Positions 30,100 to 42,940 of a stretch of DNA of 64,000 nt are shown one piece after another; position 1 is the stretch's first letter, and each line of letters opens with the position of its first letter. Origin of the DNA: Cyanophora paradoxa CCMP329 (Eukaryota; Plantae; Glaucophyta). The notes beneath the pieces were generated by a model that ran no database searches, had not been told where the DNA came from, and worked only from the letters and a program-made list of their open reading frames with translations. The position numbers and the translations under genes are program-made. Where the stretch lies: assembly GCA_004431415.1 (NCBI GenBank), contig QPMI01000093.1, forward strand, positions 186,001 to 250,000, read 5' to 3'.

Positions 30100-30540
30100 C
30101 GTACCTTGAGCTTCCTTTCTTACCTTTCCCCGCATGCATGCTTTGAGCCGCGCCTTCCGGATCCCCACCCGCGGCGCCGGCGTCGGCTAGCGCTGCCCCT
30201 CAGCGCCGCCCCCACTACTCGAGGCTCGGCGAACCGCCAAACTGGCGCCCGGCGCCGCGGGGGTCGGCAGGCTATCGCCGCGGGGGTCGGCAGGCTATCG
30301 ATATCGGCCCCGCGATCGGAGCACGCACGGGCAGCCCAAGAAATATTATTGGACCCAGATCTCGACCTTCTCTCGATCAAAACCGCATATTTAGCAGCGC
30401 ATGCGCATGTGGGATCCGGAACGGGCGGGGGAGGCTGGGCTGAGATCGTGAACTGCGCGTTCCAACAGAAACAGAAACAGAAGGGGCCGGCGGAGGTTAT
30501 AATTATATAATAATCAGCCCGGGAGCTCGATGAGGTCGGG
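30100..30540 (+). repeat. Right copy of the diverged direct repeat bounding the FkbM/GT island
   Basis: Colinear similarity to 23227-23665. Confidence 0.8.
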
Positions 30541-30589
30541 GTCGCCGGGGCAGGGCAGGCCCCCCACGGGGGGCGCCTCCCGCAGCCGC

Positions 30590-32590
30590 TCAAGAAACTC
30601 CGCCTGCGGCCCGGAAGGTCAGCTGAAGCTCAAGGGGGGGGGGGGGGGGAGGAGGAGGAGGAGGAAGAGGGGTGTACAAGAGGGAGCTTGAAGGGGGCGG
30701 GGGGGAGGGAGGGGGGGGGGGGGGGGCGGCGGGTTGGAAGGAAGAGGAATGGCAGGGCAAGGCAAAGGGAGCGTGGGGTGAAGCGGACGGGGGGCGGGAA
30801 TCTTTCATTTAGAGTGCTTCTAGAACGTGGGCGCGGGGCCCGGGGATGGGGGCGCGGGGCGGGGCGGGGCGGGGCGCGAGGGGGCCCGGGGCGCGAGAAT
30901 GTGGGCGTGGGGCCCGGGGATTTAGACCATATAAAGGATGAATCTTTGGAGGCGGGGCGGGGCGCGAGGGTGCGGGGGCGCGCCTGCTCCTTGCGCTGCC
31001 GCGGGTGCGCGAGGAGGTACGTGAACGACTGGTGCAGCTTCCGCGCGCTCGTGCTGTTCTCCTGCGCACGAAGGGAGGGTTACAGAGAAAAGAGGAGGGG
31101 GGGTACGGAGCGCACGCAGAAGTACCCCCGGCCGCCGGGCCGCCGGTCGTCCTCCATGAGCGTGATGGCGTCTGAGGCTCCCCGAGCTCAGGTGAGGCTC
31201 GAGCTTCTTTCCTTAGACCTTCAAGGAAGAGGAGCTAAAGGAAGATCCTTAGAATCGAGGAGAAGATTCTCTGGATCTAGCTTCCTTCCCTAAGCTAACT
31301 CTTAGACTTCCTTTTTCCGTATTATCTACTTGCTTGCGGACCGTAGACGTCCTGGCAGTGGTTGTTGTCGGTGGGCTTGTCGTGCAGGTAGAGGGCGTCG
31401 AAGTAGAAGTTCGCCTTCCGCAGCGCCTCCTGCACCACCTGCGAGAGGTCACGGCCGGGCTCGCCGGAGCGGCGGGGGGAGGAGAGGGGGGGGGGGGGGG
31501 GGGTGGGGGGGCGGGGGCGGGCGGGGCGGGCGGGGGCCGAGGCCGAAGGCGGGGCGGGGGCGGGGGCGGGGCGGAGGCGGGGGAGCCGAGCGGGGGGGGG
31601 GGGAAGGGGGGGGAGGAGGAGGAGGAGAAGGGGAAGGAGGGATGAGGGGGGGGGGGGGGGGCGGGCCGGGCCGGGAGGGCCGGGCGGAGGCGGGGGCGGG
31701 GGGCGGGGCGGGAGGCAGGGGAGCCGAGCGGGCTCGCCGCCGCGTGAGATCGGACCCAGAGGAACTAGGCGGGCCTAGGCGGAGCGGGCGGAGTACGGCT
31801 TTCGTTGGACTTTTCTCGCTCACCGGGGAGGTGTTGTTCCGGGGTACGATGGAGCTTCGACCGTAGAGGAGCACAGCGCGAACGCAAGCGGGGGCCGAGG
31901 GGTCGTCCAGTATCCCCCGCACCCGCGGGTGGCCCGTCCTGCGCCGGCGCGTCGTAAGTCAGAGTGGGCCGGCGCCGCGGAGGGCGGAAGGAAGGGTCGG
32001 ATTCTTCGTACACGGCTTCGAAGACGGATTGGACGTCTGCGGGCGCCAGGGGGGTACGTCGGCGGCGGGCGGGCGGGCGGGGAAACGGAGCGGGCGGCCG
32101 GCACGACGCACCGAAGGACTGGTAGCGGTCGCCGGTCTTCATCTCCCAGATCGCGTTGATGATCTCTGCTCGCGCGCGCTCGCGTCGGAATTGTTCGAAT
32201 TGTGAGCGCGAGCTGCGCCCGCGGCTCCAAATGCAAAATAGGCGCACGCTGCTCGTTGTTGGTGAAGTCCAGGACGCGCTTGACGCCCACGTCGAGCGTG
32301 TACACGGCCACCTCCGTCGCGGGGCAGAAGCGCAGCTTGCAGGCGATGAAGGTCGTCAGCCCGCTGCGAGCGTGTGATCGTGAGCGGCAGGCTATCAGGC
32401 ACACCCACGGTGTTCAGGTCACACCGCTTTGCGTTGTCCAACCTCGACCGCGCTCCCATCTTCTCGTTCAGCTCGTCGCTGACCATGAAGAGCCACGGTC
32501 AGCGTTCAGCGGGGCCGCGCTGCATGCGCATGCGAGCACAAAGACGCACGAGGAATCGAGGAAGAGGAACAGCTTCTCCGGCCCCGCCAT
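30590..32590 (-). CDS. BABAM1: BABAM1/MERIT40 (BRISC/BRCA1-A complex member, vWA-like), multi-exon
   Basis: MAGPEKLFLFLD..VSDEL, FIACKLRFCPATEVAVYTL, DFTNN, QSFDVQSVF, VRAVLLYGRS, FYFDALYLH, LLAHPRQR; colinear with MERIT40 motifs (PEKVIICLD, VRTILVYSR, FFFDVVYIH, LLAHPLQR). Confidence 0.8.
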
Positions 32591-33186
32591 TCTGGAGCGC
32601 GGCGCCGGCGCTGCCGCTCGATGCTAAGCACACCCCCCGGCGCAAACGCGTGCTGTTCAGCTGCGGTGTACACTGCTGATGTCCAAGCTGCGACGGTGCT
32701 CGGCGCTTGCGGCCAACGCGCTCGACTCGACGGCTTGGAGTGCAGCGTCGACTCCGGCGTGCCACTCTGTCACTCTCGATCGCTCGATCGCTCGATGGTC
32801 GGTGCTCGTTTGATCGTTCAAAGCTCGGGAGGGCGATGAGCCCGTGCTACTGTACCCCCATTAAGCTTGGTTCCCGCCCGCGACCGTGAGTTCTGAGCCT
32901 CCGACGGCCAGCTGCAGCTTTGAAATTGGCCTCTTGGGCGTCTGCGCAGCTTTTGAGCCCCAAGCCTTCCAACTTCCAAGCGGACTCGTGGAGGACGCAT
33001 CCAGCCACGCGGCTCGCGTACGGTTGCGTAGGTCTGTGATCGGAGCCTTTCCTTCGTCCCGGATGCTTCGTAGCCTGTCCATCATGCGGAGATAGCACAG
33101 CTTGCGGGTTCTTCCGCGCGCGCCGATGCCGTCGACGTCAGTCGGCGAGCTCACGTAGCTAGGCAAACTCAGAGCAGCCCTCCTCC

Positions 33187-35688
33187 ATGTTTCAGAATAT
33201 ACTCCGCGGCGCCGCGAAGCGCTTCGCGAAGAATCTGCTGAAGAAGAACTGGCTTGAGGACGGACTCGCACAGGTCTTCGACCCCGGCGACGTAGAGAGC
33301 GGGGTGCGCCGCGCGCCAGCCCCGCGCTCGTTTGGAGCTTCGCGGCCTAACGCGCGCGCGGCCGCGGCCGCTCGCAGCTTGAAGAGCTGAGGGAGAGCGC
33401 GCGGAAGCAGGCGAGGAGGGCCGGCGCGGCGGCGGATGCGTTCGGGCTCGATGAAACGCACAACGGGCACCACGGGGCGCACGGCTCGCCGCACGGGGAC
33501 GGGCACCACTGCCACCACGAGCACGGCGGCGGCCCCGGCGGCCACCCGCCGCGGCCCGAGGCGCCCCGCGTCGTCGATATGGGCGCCGCCTTCGTCGAGA
33601 TCGCGTGGAGCCCCGTCCAGGTCAGCGCCCTCCCGCCCGCGCGCGCGCGAGCGCCGGGAAAGGGTCGCCGCCCCGATTCGAACCCGGTTCGGGCCGCGAA
33701 GTGCCTGCCGCCGGTGACGGGGTACCTCGTGCTCCTCAACGGGGGTGTACCCCTTTGGACCCAAGCCTCCCCCTTCTGTCGCGTGCGCCGTACACCCCCC
33801 CCCCTCTGTACCCCCGTACCCCCGCCCACGCGCCCGCCCGAAGGTGGAGAACCTCGAGCCCGGGGGGGTGTGCACGTTCGAGGTCGTCGCCCAGAACAGT
33901 GCGTACCCCCCCCCGCCCCCCTCCTCCGCCGCCAACGCGCTGCGCCTTTCAGTGCACGGATTTGGGCCCACGTCTCCCAAGACCACAGTCACGACTCCCT
34001 CCTTGGAGCCCGGCGGAGGTGCGCGGCCGGCCCGCGGCACCCTGTGCTGTCCCCTGTACCCCTGTCCCCTGTCCGACCCCCCGCGCAGCAGAGGATGGAG
34101 ATGCCGCCGCCGCCGAGTGGAGCGAGGAGGAAGAGATGGAGGAGGAGGACGAGGAGGAGGCGAGTGGGGCGCGAGAACAGGAGGAGGAGGGGGGGGAACA
34201 AGGGACGGGCCACGTGTGCTGGACGGGGAGGAGGCCGGGGCCCGCCGGGGGGGGGGAGGACCCCGTCCTCCTCGAGCTACAGTGCGAGGTGCGGTGGCGG
34301 GGTACGGGGTTCCGGAGGGGAGGGGTACAGGCCGCGGGGTACATGCAGTCTAGATCCCGGCTGGAGGCTCTCGGGGCTAGAGACCGGGGCGCTCTTTCCC
34401 GCCTGAAAAGGCTGAGCCGCACGTCCCTTTGGACCCGCTTAGGCCCAGCCCTCCGGATCCCCGCTTTCGAGCACGCTTCGAGTTTCCAAGCCGCCATCTG
34501 AGCTCCGTCTGAGCCTCCGTCTGAGTCTCCATCTGAGCTCCGCCTAGGCCTAGCGCGCCCTGCTCACCACCACGCTGTCTGAGCCGCCACCTGAGCCTCC
34601 GTTTGAGCTTTCTGAGCTGAGCCTCAGGACGGAGAGACGGTGCGGGTGCCGGCGGTGGTGCGGCGTTCCTGCGGGAGCCCCGCGGGGGGCCGCCCCACCC
34701 GCGCCGGCTCGGGCCTACTCGCCCGCATCTGCGAGGGCGAGGGCGAGGGCCGGGAGGAGGCCGAGGGGGATGGAGGAGGGGGAGGGAGGGCGGAGGGCCC
34801 CGCACCCCCCAACAAGCTTAAGCCCCCGGCGGGCCGCAACCGGCGGGGGTCCGTGGTCCGAGCCGTGGCCCTGGCGCCGGGCCCGGAGGAGCTGTGCCCG
34901 CTGGAGCGCCCGGAGCGGGCCGAGCGCTGCTGGGAGCGGCCCGTGGAAGCGATACGGAGCGACCGAGCCATGCTGGAGGCCTGCCCCGTGTTCAGGCTGG
35001 AGCCTCAGGCTCAGGTGAGCCCCGGAGGGGGGGACGGAGCCGGCTCGGGCGAGCCTCGACTCCTTCGGGTCGTGGCGTCGCGCCGGCCCTCCCGCCACCC
35101 CTCCGCTTCGCCCCCTCCCGAGCCGCGGCCGCCGCCGCCGGCCCCTCTCTCGAAGGGTTCGGATCCGCCGGCTCGCGTGCCCTCCGTCTCTCCGCGGCGG
35201 GGCCGCTGCGCCGCCCGCCGGCCGCGCCCGAAGCGGGCGCCCGAAGCTTCCCCCGCCCTCCCATGCTTCCCCTGCCTCGCGGCGCGGGCGCTGCTGGCGG
35301 ACCCCTCCGCCGCCGCCGCCGCCGTCCGCGCCTCTGACGCCGCCGCCGCCTGCGCCCGCTCCCACTCGAGGGTGCACGCGTACCCCCCTCCCCTCCCCGC
35401 CACCATTCTCCATCTTCTTAAAGCTTAGCGCCGCGCGTGCGCAGGAGCCGCCGCTTCGGAGGACGGCGAGCCACCCCGAGGGCATCGCGAGCCTGGGCCT
35501 GGGCCTGGGTCCGTCCCCGTGGGACTGGTTCGCCTCCGGGCTCGGCCCCAGGCCCGCCCCGCACCTCCTCCTCCCCCCCGGCGCTGGCGATGGCCGCGGC
35601 CTCCCGGCCGCGGCCGCCCTCGGTCCCGGCTCCGGCCCTAAGACCGCAGCCCTCGCCGGCGGTGGCGGCGCGCCGGGCCGGGGCGTAG
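33187..35688 (+). CDS. Fibronectin type III domain-containing protein, multi-exon; 3' structure uncertain
   Basis: APRVVDMGAAFVEIAWSP...PPVTGYLV...VENLEPGGVCTFEVVAQN.HGFGPTS (FN3 W, GY, L-P, N..G.G pattern). Confidence 0.6.
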
Positions 35689-36769
35689 GGACCCCGCGGC
35701 GGCCCTCGCATTAGATCTATTCCGCTTTCCTGTGCCTGCAGCTGCATATGCATGCATACGCATGATATGTGCAGCCTTGCACTGCGGCAGCAGCAACTGC
35801 CGCAGTACGTTCGTGGTACCGGATGATTCGCTAGCGCTCTTAAATAGTGAGTTAGCTTATCCTAGCTATATAGCCGCTGAGCTGTACATATATAGTCGCT
35901 GAGTCATTTAAAGCAGAATACTAATATTAGCATATAATCATGCATATGAGTACTAGTTATGCATATGCATGCATGCGCACTGCGGCATATGTGCATATGG
36001 GTTGAGCTCCGCCGGCGGCGCGCGGGTACGCATGCTAGCGCTAGCCGCTGAGCTGGCCCCTTGGGCTCATGATCAACGGCTTGGTATATATATATCATAG
36101 TATCGAGCGCGGCCCGCGATATATCGATCTGCCGCTGGCCCGGCCCGCGGCCGGAGCTCGAGGCTCGTGATGAGCCTCCGGAGATCCGCTGATCATGAGC
36201 CGGCCCGGTCCGGCGGATCATGCATATGTTCCCGCCGATTAATATTCGTGCATATGCAATGATTTCCCGGAGTCGACGTCCCGCCGGGCCGTCTACGCTT
36301 CAGGACTTGCGAAGTTCGCTAGCTGTCACAGTGTATAGACATGTACAGTCGGACTGTGCACGTGGAGGACTCGGGAGGGTGCAAGGCGATCGTGAAGGAC
36401 ATGGAGCACGCGTGCAATAGCAGCCCGCCGGGCCGGAGTACGTACGTAACGTGGGGAACATGTACAGCGCATGCACATGGGGAGGCCTAGGGGAAAGACG
36501 CCGGCGCGCCGGTCGGCCCTGGGGCGCCAGCAATCGAGTTCAAGCGCGTATTAATTTGTGACATTGCCATTGGATTCAATGATTGCGACATAGAACAGAG
36601 AGATTATTTCAATTGCAATGTGAAGGCTTCTCTCCTATGTAGCGCGCTACGGCAGCTGAAGGCCCGTCGCACGGGCCGCAACTTGCAGAAAGCGACAAGA
36701 CTCTGAGATAGGCCATAGCTAGCTCGTCGAATAATTAAAAATATTTCTCGAGCTTAGCTAGCTATAGAT

Positions 36770-37713
36770 CTAGTGCGCCGCGCGCCATCTAGCAGTCCGC
36801 GAACTCGATCTCGAACGCCGCCTCGGGGCCTCGTCCAGGCTGTCGAACTGCGCGCGATCGAAGGCCACGTCAAAATTCGAAATGGAGCGGAATATATTTC
36901 ATTTAGCACGCGGAACCCGGCGCGCGGGGCCTCGGGCCTCGATTTCCGAAAGTTCGCACCTCGATGTCGGCCTCGAGCATGGCGATCGATATCTCCTCGT
37001 CGAGCTGCGCGATGTCCTTGTACTCGGTCCCGTTGAGGGCCTGGGCCGTCGAGTCCACGACCTGCCAACCCGTACGCGTTTAGTTCACGCTAGCGCTTGT
37101 GACTACCGCTCGAACTTCTAAAGCAAAGCGAAAACGAATGGGCGCAGCGCACCGAGGCGAGGGAAACGTCCTTGTTGGAAATGCACCCGCAGTCGTAGGT
37201 GGACAGGGCGACCGCCACCTGCGCGTACGGGGTAAAATAAGTTCGGGCTGCATGTGGGTCGGGCCCGCGGCTCCGCCGCGCGCGCGCGCCTTGTTGTAGG
37301 CGATGTCGATCTCGACGGGGTGGTGCTTGGCGGCGTCGCAGTCGTCGGCAAGGTCGCCGGCAAAGTCCAGCGCGTGGCGGAAGTCCTCGAACTTGAACGT
37401 CTGCACGCGATTCGTACATATTAGTACTCGCAGAGTTTGCGCGGCATGCGCAGCGACGAAGTGCATCGCAAACGTGTTCACACCTTCACGATCTGCTGCA
37501 GCGAGGTGCTGCCATTGGAGATGGTCTCGACGCGCCAGCCGGGCAGGGTGGACGAGCCGATCTCGGCGACCTGGCCGCTGGAGAGAGCGGTGAAGGTCGG
37601 GCTGCACAGACCGCGAGCATAAGCGAGGTGCGCGCGCGAGGGCAATTGCAAGGTCGTGCATACCCGCCGTCCGCGACGGAGTTCACGAGGTCAACGAGAG
37701 CGTCCGACGACAT
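36770..37713 (-). CDS. Pterin-4-alpha-carbinolamine dehydratase (PCD/PhhB)-like, copy 1; last exon frameshifted by one missing base relative to copy 2
   Basis: LPGWRV...IVK|TFKFEDFRHALDFAGDLADDCDAAKHHPVEIDIAYNK|VAVALSTYDCGCISNKDVSLA. Confidence 0.85.
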
Positions 37714-38307
37714 GGCGGCGAGAAGCTTAAGGACTTGGCCGAGAGAGCGTGCGTTAGCTCGAACTGGTCGAACTTGGCAGATGCGAGTGAGCGGCCACGG
37801 ATGACGAGGCCTGCAGGCTGCAGGCTAGGGCGACAGGTACCCCGCCAACGCGCTGAGCGGTTCGGACCAAACGCTCCTAAGAGTTTACCCGAGCTGCCTA
37901 GGAGTCTAGTAGGAGGCTAGGCCATCATGATCATGCCATGAGGGCCCGATGAGGCCCATGACTCAGTGACTCAGTTAATCCCATGATGCGCAGGCACTCA
38001 GTGACTTCCTGCAGAATTCATGTTCAATTGCAATTGCAAGGTCCTGTGAAATTTGTTCGGAAAGGCCGGGAAAGCTGTGACATTGCCATTGGATTCAATG
38101 ATTGCGACATAGAACAGAGAGATTATTTCAATTGCAATGTGAAGGCTTCTCTCCTATGTAGCGCGCTACGGCAGCTGAAGGCCCGTCGCACGGGCCGCAA
38201 CTTGCAGAAAGCGACAAGACTCTGAGATAGGCCATAGCTAGCTCGTCGAATAATTAAAAATATTTCTCGAGCTTAGCTAGCTATAGATCTAGTGCGCCGC
38301 GCGCCAT

Positions 38308-39233
38308 CTAGCAGTCCGCGAACTCGATCTCGAACGCCGCCTCGGGGGCCTCGTCCAGGCTGTCGAACTGCGCGCGATCGAAGGCCACGTCAAAATTCGA
38401 AATGGAGCGGAATATATTTCATTTAGCACGCGGAACCCGGCGCGCGGGGGCCTCGGGCCTCGATTTCCGAAAGTTCGCACCTCGATGTCGGCCTCGAGCA
38501 TGGCGATCGATATCTCCTCGTCGAGCTGCGCGATGTCCTTGTACTCGGTCCCGTTGAGGGCCTGGGCCGTCGAGTCCACGACCTGCCAACCCGTACGCGT
38601 TTAGTTCACGCTAGCGCTTGTGACTACCGCTCGAACTTCTAAAGCAAAGCGAAAACGAATGGGCGCAGCGCACCGAGGCGAGGGAAACGTCCTTGTTGGA
38701 AATGCACCCGCAGTCGTAGGTGGACAGGGCGACCGCCACCTGCGCGTACGGGTAAAATAAGTTCGGGCTGCATGTGGGTCGGGCCCGCGGCTCCGCCGCG
38801 CGCGCGCGCCTTGTTGTAGGCGATGTCGATCTCGACGGGGTGGTGCTTGGCGGCGTCGCAGTCGTCGGCAAGGTCGCCGGCAAAGTCCAGCGCGTGGCGG
38901 AAGTCCTCGAACTTGAACGTCTGCACGCGATTCGTACATATTAGTACTCGCAGAGTTTGCGCGGCATGCGCAGCGACGAAGTGCATCGCAAACGTGTTCA
39001 CACCTTCACGATCTGCTGCAGCGAGGTGCTGCCATTGGAGATGGTCTCGACGCGCCAGCCGGGCAGGGTGGACGAGCCGATCTCGGCGACCTGGCCGCTG
39101 GAGAGAGCGGTGAAGGTCGGGCTGCACAGACCGCGAGCATAAGCGAGGTGCGCGCGCGAGGGCAATTGCAAGGTCGTGCATACCCGCCGTCCGCGACGGA
39201 GTTCACGAGGTCAACGAGAGCGTCCGACGACAT
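38308..39233 (-). CDS. Pterin-4-alpha-carbinolamine dehydratase (PCD/PhhB)-like, copy 2, with an acidic C-terminal extension
   Basis: Same exons as copy 1; ends FDSLDEAPEAAFEIEFADC*. Confidence 0.87.
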
Positions 39234-40915
39234 GGCGGCGAGAAGCTTAAGGACTTGGCCGAGAGAGCGTGCGTTAGCTCGAACTGGTCGAACTTGGCAG
39301 ATGCGAGTGAGCGGCCACGGATGACGAGGCCTGCAGGCTGCAGGCTAGGGCGACAGGTACCCCGCCAACGCGCTGAGCGGTTCGGACCAAACGCTCCTAA
39401 GAGTTTACCCGAGCTGCCTAGGAGTCTAGTAGGAGGCTAGGCCATCATGATCATGCCATGAGGGCCCGATGAGGCCCATGACTCAGTGACTCAGTTAATC
39501 CCATGATGCGCAGGCACTCAGTGACTTCCTGCAGAATTCATGTTCAATTGCAATTGCAAGGTCCTGTGAAATTTGTTCGGAAAGGCCGGGAAAGCCTTGA
39601 AGCTACCGAGTTCAGGATCTCTGTTCGGATTGCAACTTGCAAAGTTCGTTGTTCGGAAACACTTAAGCTTCGGATCGTACTTTCAAAGTTAGCACTACCG
39701 AAATTCAGGCTCAGCGGCTACTAATAGGCTAGTAGTAGCCTGCTAGGCTAGTAGCCGAGAGTCCCGAGACACAGTCCGAGAGTTCCGAAGTTCGGTCCTT
39801 CGGTCCTGGCTTCGGATCGTACTTTGCAGAAGTTTGCACTACCGACTCGGCGAATTGAGGCTCAGCGGCTACTAATAGGCTAGTAATAGCCTAGTATACG
39901 TAGTAGCCTGCTAGGCTACCGGGGGTAGTAGCCGAGACTGCTGCCGAGTACTACGCCGTAGTAGTACTAGTACGCCGTGACGGTATACCGGTAGACTCTG
40001 AGACTTAATAGACCCGCGGCCCTCAAGTTGCACAACCGTCACGGCGTTGAACTACTAATTATAATTATATGAATGCACTGCGGCACCACCGTCCGACGGT
40101 CCACTGCCCAGTGCCCACTACTAATGGGCCACTAGTACTCCCCTGGTCTGCCAGTAGACTGCCACAGTCTGCCCACGTGCACAAAGTCCACAGACTGCCA
40201 GGCCAGCGCTGCCCACTGGGCCACCGTGGCTGCGGGCCTGCGGCGTGGCCCGGGCACTGCTGGCCCAGTAGCTGGCACTGACTGGCACTGACTGGCAGTG
40301 ACTGCCCACTGGCATGCACCACTGCGCCGAGCTCGAGGGTCTTAGCGACTCTTAGGCTGTCCGACCGTCGGACGGTCGGGCTACTAGTAGTCTTAGCCTC
40401 TTAGGACTCTTAGCACATTGCGCATGATCACGATCGAACTCGGAAGACTCTCGGAGTCGGAACTTTGACTCGGAAGTTAGACTCGGAAGTTGCCAAGTTG
40501 AGAGTCGGAACGCCGGCCCCGGCGGCCCGGCCGGGCCTTCCGCAGGAAAATTAATTAATAAATCATAATTATAATTAAATCGTAGCGCCGCGGCGCGCGC
40601 GCCGACTCGGCGATCGCGACTCTATACTATGATAAGTTCTCACTGTACTACGGTAGCGGTCGTGCCGCCGAGTCATATATATATCATATATAGTATATCA
40701 CTGTATATGCTACCGTAGTACGCCGCCTACGCGCGTACTACGGCCGCGGTATACGACCGCGCCGCGTATACGTATACGTACCGTAGTACGGTACTACGGT
40801 ACGCGCGTGCGCCTTAAGCTTGTCGCCTACTTACTACGCAGCCTAAGCTGCGGCCGGCTACAGCTAGTCGCCTTGATCGCCGAATCGACGTCAAGTCGTC
40901 GTCAACTCATTAATT

Positions 40916-42940
40916 ATGCGCAGCTGCGCAGGCTATAGCTACGTATGCGACCAGACGTACAATGTCACATATGCATGTAGTTCCCTGCAGTTGGTAGCTA
41001 GCACTGCAGCCGCAGCCAGAGCGCAACTGCAGACCCCACAAGTAGTGCGCCCAGACTCGCTCTCTACGCTCTCCAGTGCGGACGAGGTGCGCGTGCGCGT
41101 GCTGCAGCGCTAGCTCATGATCACGTCACGATGTGTGGTCGAGCTCGAGCCCGCATGCGTCTCACGCAGGTTGAGGAGTTGGGACGCACCGTTTATGGAG
41201 AATGGCCTCTCGCTTCCGGCGTAACTCTGCTGACTGCACTCTGGAAGGCGAGTCCTCGTGTCATCCCTGCAGCTTGAAACTTATATTTGTCATATATCAT
41301 ATGTATCTGAATATACATCGAACGTATACTTTACACTTCGCAGACGAACGCGTCGGACCCGAGGAGCTTCGGTGCCGACTATGTTACGATCCGCGGTTCG
41401 GCGATGGGAACTCTTTTGCCTCCATCCGATCATGGTATGCACGTTTGCGTGCATCGCGAAATGTGCTCGTGTGCACACTTGGGCAACTCTCGGCCACTTG
41501 CAACTGGCCTCGCCCCGAATATATGACTGCGACTGCGACGTTCATATGCATTTTCCCATCGCCCCAGATTTCTTTGTGCTTAATTCGATGCGAGCCTTCT
41601 CGGACGCTATTATTATGAGCGGTGCACAGTTGAGGTTCGCGCTCTCCCTTACAAGCTTAAGGGTAATAAAAAACATCTCTCGTCTAAAGCCAAGTGCTCA
41701 GAATGGACACTTGGATTGATTTCGCACTGCAAGGGCGAGCAGCTCGGGGCCTGCTAGAGTGGCGCACACAGCGGCTGCAGAAGACCCGCCCGCAGTGCAT
41801 CATGGTCTTGTCCCGAGGCGAGGTCTGCCCAATGATTCACTGAGTTTCAAAAATCGATTCCGTGAAAACGATTCCAGATGAGATCTAACCACGTGCACGC
41901 CATGCGCATGCGCATGTCCTGATCCGCGGTACTGCAGGATCCCGAATTAACTCTATCCCACCAAGTGTTCAGGCGAGAAGCTTGCAATTGATCTTAAATC
42001 ATTGAATGTCTGTCGGAATTATCATCTTACTTATTCTAGTTTCTGATTCAGCAAGCCATGCGATCGCCCTCTTTGCTTTCTCTTCTACACAGAGACGCGA
42101 AATGTAAAACGAGTGGAGGTTCGCTTTCATTTTCTGTCGCACGTTGATCTAGATCTGTTGTGATTTTACTCCGCGGTCAATCTCACAATGATGATCATGA
42201 GCGCAGAAAGTCGTGCACGACCGAGCGCTCGGCAACGTCCGCGTCGTCGGCGCGGAGCGCCCCTGCATCCGCTCCGCGGTCGACCTTTTAAAGACGGTGC
42301 GGACAATTTCATAACCTAAACCATAACCTCATAACCTTGAACCTCATAACAATTTCATAATTTATAACGTCAAGCTTAAGCTTGAACCGATATTACATAT
42401 ATACAAAGCCCTCCCCCCCGGCCCCTCGCAAACATGTGCGGCAGGAGGGCTACGGGGACATCGCAGTCGAGACGGGCCCGACAACGTCGCGGGAGCTGCT
42501 GTCCGCGGGCGGCTTCGACACGCTCCTCCTCTCCATATACGATTCGCCCTTCATAGATCCCGAGGTGCGTTCTAGATCTGTGATGCTTCAAAATCGCTAG
42601 TACTATGTACATGTGGAAGCCGGCTCGCGTCCCCACTTACGCGTGCTTAATATATATATAATAAACAACATGTGCCCAGGCCATCCACCCTTCTCTGGCA
42701 TTCGCGGATGAAAGCCACATCAGAACGTTCTTTGAGCCGAAATATTCGCTTACCGTCGCGCCCTCCACACCCGTCGGTGCGTCATATATTTCCAGAGATC
42801 TTAAGCACTAATGCTAGGTAGCAAGCACCCTCCAGACTTTTCTGATTTTCGGCACAGGGGCTCGGTGGCACATCCGCCGCTACCAACGCCGTGCTATGGG
42901 CTCAGGCTGGAATCTAGAGCTTCGCAACCAGCTTCTCTAG
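40916..42940 (+). CDS. RibD C-terminal / DHFR-fold NADPH-dependent reductase, multi-exon; start uncertain
   Basis: DFFVLNSMRAFSDAIIMSG (cf. LRA..DAILVG), MVLSRG, GYGDIAVETGPTTSRELLSAGGFDTLLLSIY (cf. ILVEGGPTL...L.AGLVDEL), terminal WHIRRYQR. Confidence 0.72.

Larger units (their letters stand above)
36557..39595. repeat. Near-perfect ~1.52-kb tandem duplication (36557-38075 and 38076-39595)
   Basis: The copies differ visibly only by single-base indels in G runs. Confidence 0.95.
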
